Positions 59,966 through 64,000 of a stretch of DNA of 64,000 nucleotides are shown one piece after another; position 1 is the first letter of the stretch; the number at the start of each line of letters is the position of its first letter. Made by a program: the position numbers and the translations under genes. The stretch is from Candidatus Tenderia sp. (GTDB lineage Bacteria > Pseudomonadota > Gammaproteobacteria > Tenderiales > Tenderiaceae). Under the pieces are notes generated by a model. That model worked only from the letters and a program-made list of their open reading frames with translations. It ran no database searches and was not told the DNA's origin. The stretch is from assembly GCA_031416075.1 (NCBI GenBank), contig JANOSY010000045.1, forward strand, positions 32,001 through 96,000, read 5' to 3'.

Positions 59966-61390
59966 TTACAGTTGAGACTCTACGTTGTTGATTGCAGGTA
60001 CGGCACAGTTGTTCACCTTGCCACCCTGGATCGCGTGGCTGCCTTGGGCAACCGGACCCGTTGCATCGGTCACCAGATAGCCGTTGGTGTTCAGGGACAT
60101 ATAACCGCCCTTACCAAAGCTGTGGTTGAAGCTGGCATTGATGGTGTTAATGATCGAGGGCTTGCCGGACTGCTTGGCGAGCGCGCTCAGGATCGTTGGA
60201 ACGCGGCTATCGGAATAACTAACAGTCTTACGCCACTGCATGGTCTCTTCCGCCCAGTCAAAGTACTTGTTGCTCTTGGCATTGTCCACAGTCGGAGCTA
60301 CGCCATCAACCTTGATGAAACGGTAGTTCTTGGCATGAGTTGCATTCTTTTCGGTGGACTGAATACCGATAGCCCAGTTGCCCGCAACCTCTTCATTGTT
60401 CATACAGGTCTCAACATCACCCGAGCCCTCGCCCTGAGTCACGATCGGACCGAAGTCGACATCGCTATCCGCAGCGGCTACCAGTCCCCCGGCGACACAA
60501 GGGTTGGCCAGGAATTTGGCCTGGAACTGAGCCTGGGTGCCAGAACCTGGCACACGGCGGCAGATGTGCACAAAGCTGTCAGCAGGTGCGGTCACACCGG
60601 GAACAGCAGTCAAAGCAGTCGTCAGACCGCCCACCTTCAACTGGGTCCAGTCGGTCATGCCACCTACAGCCATCAGGCCAGCGATCTGCTGTTTGCTCAG
60701 GCTCGGCATATGAGCATCAGTAAAATCACCGACAGTCTTATTTTGAGCCCGCTGCAATGCCGCGTACAGCTTGTCATTCACGATCACACCGAACACGCCA
60801 CCACGAGTGGAGACAACATTCGGGAGATTATCGAGCACAGTTTTGGATACGGCTGAAAAACCGGCAGGGACGTTCGGACCAACAAACAGTGCTGGCTCTA
60901 CGTCTGACATGCCGCCATCCGGGCCGGTCGCATTGGTCTGGAAGTTGGAGGTCTCGTCGTAGCCGCAGTTGTACTTGTTGGTGCCAGCAGAAGTACAGTT
61001 ACCGCTGCTGACGCCCATGAACTTGACGCTGGCATCAGCCATGGCGACCGGAGCTACACCCCACCCTGAACCACCCTTCGAGCGCTTGAAGATCAGCACT
61101 TTGGTATCGGCAGCCAGGCCGGTGATCTTGGTCTTGTCAAGGGTACAGGAGAAAGCGGTCTGCCAAGAACCAGCGCTGGAACCACTGGCCACGCCGTTGT
61201 CAGAATAGGTATCCAAGGTGTCCTTGCACAGCTGGGGCATCAGCAATTGCAGACCTTTGTCCTGGGCACTGGCACCAGAGATGTAGATCTTGAGCGCACC
61301 GGTAGCTGCATCAGCAGGGGCAAAGGCATGGGCCTGACCGACAACCAGGCCAGTAGCAGCCATGGCGAGTACGATAGATTTTAATTTCAT
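59966..61390 (-). CDS. Secreted PstS/DING-like phosphate-binding-fold protein
   Basis: Signal peptide (AHA); SGASA, GGSGWG, GMSD and RRVPGSGT motifs in PstS order; 8 Cys. Confidence 0.65.
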   Translation of the reverse strand: MKLKSIVLAMAATGLVVGQAHAFAPADAATGALKIYISGASAQDKGLQLLMPQLCKDTLDTYSDNGVASGSSAGSWQTAFSCTLDKTKITGLAADTKVLIFKRSKGGSGWGVAPVAMADASVKFMGVSSGNCTSAGTNKYNCGYDETSNFQTNATGPDGGMSDVEPALFVGPNVPAGFSAVSKTVLDNLPNVVSTRGGVFGVIVNDKLYAALQRAQNKTVGDFTDAHMPSLSKQQIAGLMAVGGMTDWTQLKVGGLTTALTAVPGVTAPADSFVHICRRVPGSGTQAQFQAKFLANPCVAGGLVAAADSDVDFGPIVTQGEGSGDVETCMNNEEVAGNWAIGIQSTEKNATHAKNYRFIKVDGVAPTVDNAKSNKYFDWAEETMQWRKTVSYSDSRVPTILSALAKQSGKPSIINTINASFNHSFGKGGYMSLNTNGYLVTDATGPVAQGSHAIQGGKVNNCAVPAINNVESQL

Positions 61391-61478
61391 GATAATTCTC
61401 CGGTTAAGGTAATTTAAAAACCCGATAACACTAAAATGGTGAGCAGCAAAAATGGCTGCTCTCTGCCCTCATCCAAGC

Positions 61479-61511
61479 CCCCCTCTCTCCCTCAGAGAGG
61501 GAGAGAGGGGG
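61479..61511. repeat. Perfect 15-bp intergenic hairpin
   Basis: CCCCCTCTCTCCCTC-AGA-GAGGGAGAGAGGGGG; no U-tract, so possibly an mRNA-stabilising or REP-like element. Confidence 0.7.
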
Positions 61512-61542
61512 TAATGTAGCAATTTCTCAGCTAACGGTAGAG

Positions 61543-62415
61543 TTAGACTGACAGGACTTCATCCTGCTGGCGGCGGCGGGCAACACCCACCAGACCGGCC
61601 AAGGCGGAACCGAGCAGCAGTACTGCTGGGGGCAGCGGTACCGGGGGAGCAGAGGCGACGTCATAGCTCAGGGCGCCATTGGCGGTCAGAGCCCATGTTC
61701 CGGCAAACAGATCGGTGTAAGTACCTGCGGGGGAGGTCAGCTTATTGGTAGCCGGGTCATACTTTGCACCGATATGATAGAAGGCCAGGCTCGTGCCTAC
61801 TGCGGCCTCGTCATTAAAAGTCAACGACCTGCCAATGTCGCTTGACCAGGTAATAGCATTGCCGTAATAACCATCGTCAGTCGAAGACGTATTCGTGGTG
61901 CTACGGTTCTGGGCATAAGCATTCAGGGCGTCACCAAACTGGACGTTGGCATCACTGTTAGCACCGGCGATATAGCTATTAGCCTGCAACATAGACGACT
62001 TGAGATTGGTGTAGCTCATGCTGGACACAGCGCTGGAAGCATCATTGGAAGTGGCATACAGGCCGTACTTGGCCACGTCTGCGCCAGGTTTGTCTGTACG
62101 CACACCCACCAGGTTCCAGACCATGTTGGCGGAATTGTTATTGCCAAACAGATTGGTGTAAACGCTGTCAGTCGCAAGTTTGGCAGTGAAAGAGCTGTTC
62201 CATGAGGAGCTTGAAGAACTGCCTAGACTGGTAATAAAATCGTCGACGGTGATACCCAGATCGCGGGTATATGATTCTGCGGCAACTGAATCGTATACGG
62301 ACAGAAACAATTCGCCTGCGCCCTGGCCAGACTGCCCTGGGTTGATCGCGGCATTGGCACCACCAGCGGCCACCATGGCCAGTGCGGCAACTACCGCTTT
62401 TATTTTGAATTTCAT
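61543..62415 (-). CDS. VPLPA-CTERM sorting-domain protein (Ser/Thr/Asn-rich)
   Basis: Signal peptide (ANA); ELFLSVYD...SYTRDLG; C-terminal VPLPPAVLLLGSALAGLVGVARRR. Confidence 0.9.
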   Translation of the reverse strand: MKFKIKAVVAALAMVAAGGANAAINPGQSGQGAGELFLSVYDSVAAESYTRDLGITVDDFITSLGSSSSSSWNSSFTAKLATDSVYTNLFGNNNSANMVWNLVGVRTDKPGADVAKYGLYATSNDASSAVSSMSYTNLKSSMLQANSYIAGANSDANVQFGDALNAYAQNRSTTNTSSTDDGYYGNAITWSSDIGRSLTFNDEAAVGTSLAFYHIGAKYDPATNKLTSPAGTYTDLFAGTWALTANGALSYDVASAPPVPLPPAVLLLGSALAGLVGVARRRQQDEVLSV

Positions 62416-62523
62416 TGCTAGACTCCTGTTTATTTAGGTTATGGCTTGCGCCGTTTTGTTTCCCAGCCCTCCTCTTTGTTGGCAACCCACTGCCGCCAAC
62501 AAGCCGAGCCAGAATGTCTAAAC

Positions 62524-62617
62524 AACGGTGGTAACCCAGCCATCTTGGCGCTTCCATGTTCACACCTAGATCTGTGGCTTTCCGACCCCGCCTCGCAACG
62601 GGAGTGGCAGTTCCGTC
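62524..62617 (-). ncRNA. c-di-GMP-I (GEMM) riboswitch
   Basis: Minus strand GACGG..GCCACTCCCGTT-GCGA-GGCGGGGTCGGAAAGCCACAGATCTA...AGATGGCTGGGTTACCACCGTT: GNRA-capped P2, AAAGCC junction, P3 and closing P1, in a 5' UTR. Confidence 0.82.
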
Positions 62618-62799
62618 TTACTGTCACCAACTACGTGGCACCTCATGCACCCCGATATGCCGGACCTCATATCCGGCTGCCTGAATTTCCAGCGGCGACG
62701 GCAATTGTTGACCAACAAGATTTCGCCGTGATTAATGCAATGTTAATTTTTTATATCAATGGGGAACTTATAAGGAGGGGGATAAACACGGAGTTATAT

Positions 62800-62861
62800 G
62801 CAGTGTGCCCAAAGCACTACGTGGGGCAGGCTCTGGGTAAGCGTTTTTTGCGTAACCCACC
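62800..62861. repeat. REP-like palindrome interrupted by the 28-bp micro-element (62807-62834, minus orientation)
   Basis: Removing GCCCAAAGCACTACGTGGGGCAGGCTCT restores GTGGGTAAGCG-TTTTTTG-CGTAACCCAC. Confidence 0.7.
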
Positions 62862-62899
62862 AAGCCTGCGAAGCACACAATCTTTCTTTCTTCATCCAC

Positions 62900-62933
62900 T
62901 CGATACCACCCCCGCATTACATCCGTGTGACAG
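62900..62933 (-). promoter_or_regulatory. Pho-box-like repeat facing the riboswitch/VPLPA operon
   Basis: CTGTCAC-ACGG-ATGTAAT, 10 bp, TATCGA (weak -10). Confidence 0.5.
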
Positions 62934-62959
62934 TAATCGAGACGCTCAAACAGCCCCCG

Positions 62960-62993
62960 CTGTCATCTTTCTGTAGTGAAACTGTCATAGCCT
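62960..62993 (+). promoter_or_regulatory. Pho-box-like triple repeat plus -10 upstream of gspG
   Basis: CTGTCAT-CTTT-CTGTAGT-GAAA-CTGTCAT with 11-bp periodicity; TAGCCT lies 10 bp after the second half-site. Confidence 0.65.
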
Positions 62994-63038
62994 TGCCTTC
63001 CCGAACAAGACCATTCACAGCAACAGACCGGAATCATC

Positions 63039-63461
63039 ATGCAACATCAAAGAATAAATCCTGAACTTGGTTTTACACTGCTGGAGTTACTGGTGGTGAT
63101 GGTCATCATCGGCCTGCTGGCCGGTTATGTCGGGCCAAAATATTTTACCCAGGTCGGCAAATCGGAAGTGAAAACCGCCAAGGCGCAGATCGTGGCGCTG
63201 GAGCAGGCGTTCGATCAGTATCGTCTCGATACCGGCCACTACCCCACCACTGAGCAAGGGCTGGCAGCGCTCTTCGTTAAACCTGGCGATGAACCAAAGT
63301 GGAACGGCCCCTATCTGAAAAAAGCGACACCGCCGGACCCGTGGGGCAAGCCCTATATTTATAAACAACCGGGCGAGCACGGCGAACTTGATCTGCTCTC
63401 TTACGGCAAGGATGGCCAGCCGGGTGGCAGTGACAACGCTGCTGACATCACCAACTGGTAA
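63039..63461 (+). CDS. gspG: Type II secretion major pseudopilin
   Basis: GFTLLELLVV prepilin site, YPTTEQGLAAL, WNGPYL and DPWG motifs. Confidence 0.95.
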   Translation: MQHQRINPELGFTLLELLVVMVIIGLLAGYVGPKYFTQVGKSEVKTAKAQIVALEQAFDQYRLDTGHYPTTEQGLAALFVKPGDEPKWNGPYLKKATPPDPWGKPYIYKQPGEHGELDLLSYGKDGQPGGSDNAADITNW

Positions 63462-63466
63462 TAGCC

Positions 63467-64000
63467 ATGCTCTTCGATGTAAAAGCGTTAAAAGGCCGTG
63501 ATGCTGCACTGCTGACACTCGAAGCTGGCAGTGTTGACGATGCCCGTGCTCAGGTGCTACGTCAGGGTTACACCATTATCAGTTGCACGCCGCGCGGTGT
63601 GCAGTTGAATACTCTGTTTAAACGCCAGACACCGTTTCCGCTGTCGCTCTTTAGCCAGGAGTTGCTGGCGCTGTTGCAGGCGGGACTCAACCTAGTGGAG
63701 GCGATCAGCGCGCTGGCGGAGAAGGAGTCGCGTCACGAGATCAAAAAGATTTTCGACGGGCTGCTGCACTCGTTGCGTGAGGGGCGGACGCTCTCTACGG
63801 CCATGGAGCAGTTGCCACGCATCTTCCCGCCGCTCTACATCGCCACGGTGCGCAGCAGTGAACGTACCGGTAATTTGCATGATGCGTTGTCACGCTACAT
63901 CGCCTATCAGGCACAGGTGGAGCTGCTGAAGAAGAAGATCGTCAGCGCATCGATCTATCCGCTGCTGTTGCTGGCGGTGGGTGGCCTGGTGATGCTGTTT
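63467..64000 (+). CDS. gspF: Type II secretion inner-membrane protein F (partial)
   Basis: Manual translation from ATG 63467: FSQELLALLQAGLNLVEA...SERTGNL...KKIVSASIYP; runs off the window. Confidence 0.9.
   Translation, partial: MLFDVKALKGRDAALLTLEAGSVDDARAQVLRQGYTIISCTPRGVQLNTLFKRQTPFPLSLFSQELLALLQAGLNLVEAISALAEKESRHEIKKIFDGLLHSLREGRTLSTAMEQLPRIFPPLYIATVRSSERTGNLHDALSRYIAYQAQVELLKKKIVSASIYPLLLLAVGGLVMLF

Noticed and set aside
37007-62834. 28-bp repeat as a CRISPR repeat
   Set aside because: Copies are kilobases apart in mixed orientation, with no spacer array and no cas genes.
62446-62976. 176-aa plus-strand ORF
   Set aside because: Spans the riboswitch, REP-like element and promoter boxes; no protein motif.
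1-64000. tRNA/rRNA genes, integrase or prophage genes
   Set aside because: None recognised, so island boundaries cannot be assigned from att sites.

Overview
Gammaproteobacterial-looking chromosomal window in two parts. Part 1 (1-12.3 kb): three glycosyltransferases, parE, a DAACS transporter, xseB-ispA, an orphan NasT-like ANTAR regulator with a sigma54 promoter, and moaB-moeA-mobA. mobA collides at ~12318 with a half-length gmd, an abrupt junction. Part 2 (12.3-64 kb): a ~52-kb, almost all minus-strand cell-surface supercluster. It holds an exosortase D (VPLPA-CTERM) system with three VPLPA-CTERM cargo genes and a PrsT-like TPR protein; a Wzy-type EPS locus with two paralogous hyaluronidase(GH56)-like proteins; a TpsB/3401-aa TpsA pair; a giant ExbB/ExbD/TonB/porin module; a PstS/DING-like protein; and the start of a divergent T2SS (gspG, gspF). 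The secretion half resembles the P. aeruginosa pdtAB-exbB2D2-tonB4/lapA/hxc region. Non-coding signals read directly from the DNA: a PhoB/OmpR-type direct-repeat box 10 bp upstream of a -10 hexamer at about 8 promoters across both halves; a c-di-GMP-I riboswitch ahead of the VPLPA-CTERM + PstS-like genes; an IS30 with ATT target duplication; and three copies of a 28-bp micro-element, one of which frameshifts the IS30 transposase. All family assignments are from motif recognition by eye; no searches were run.
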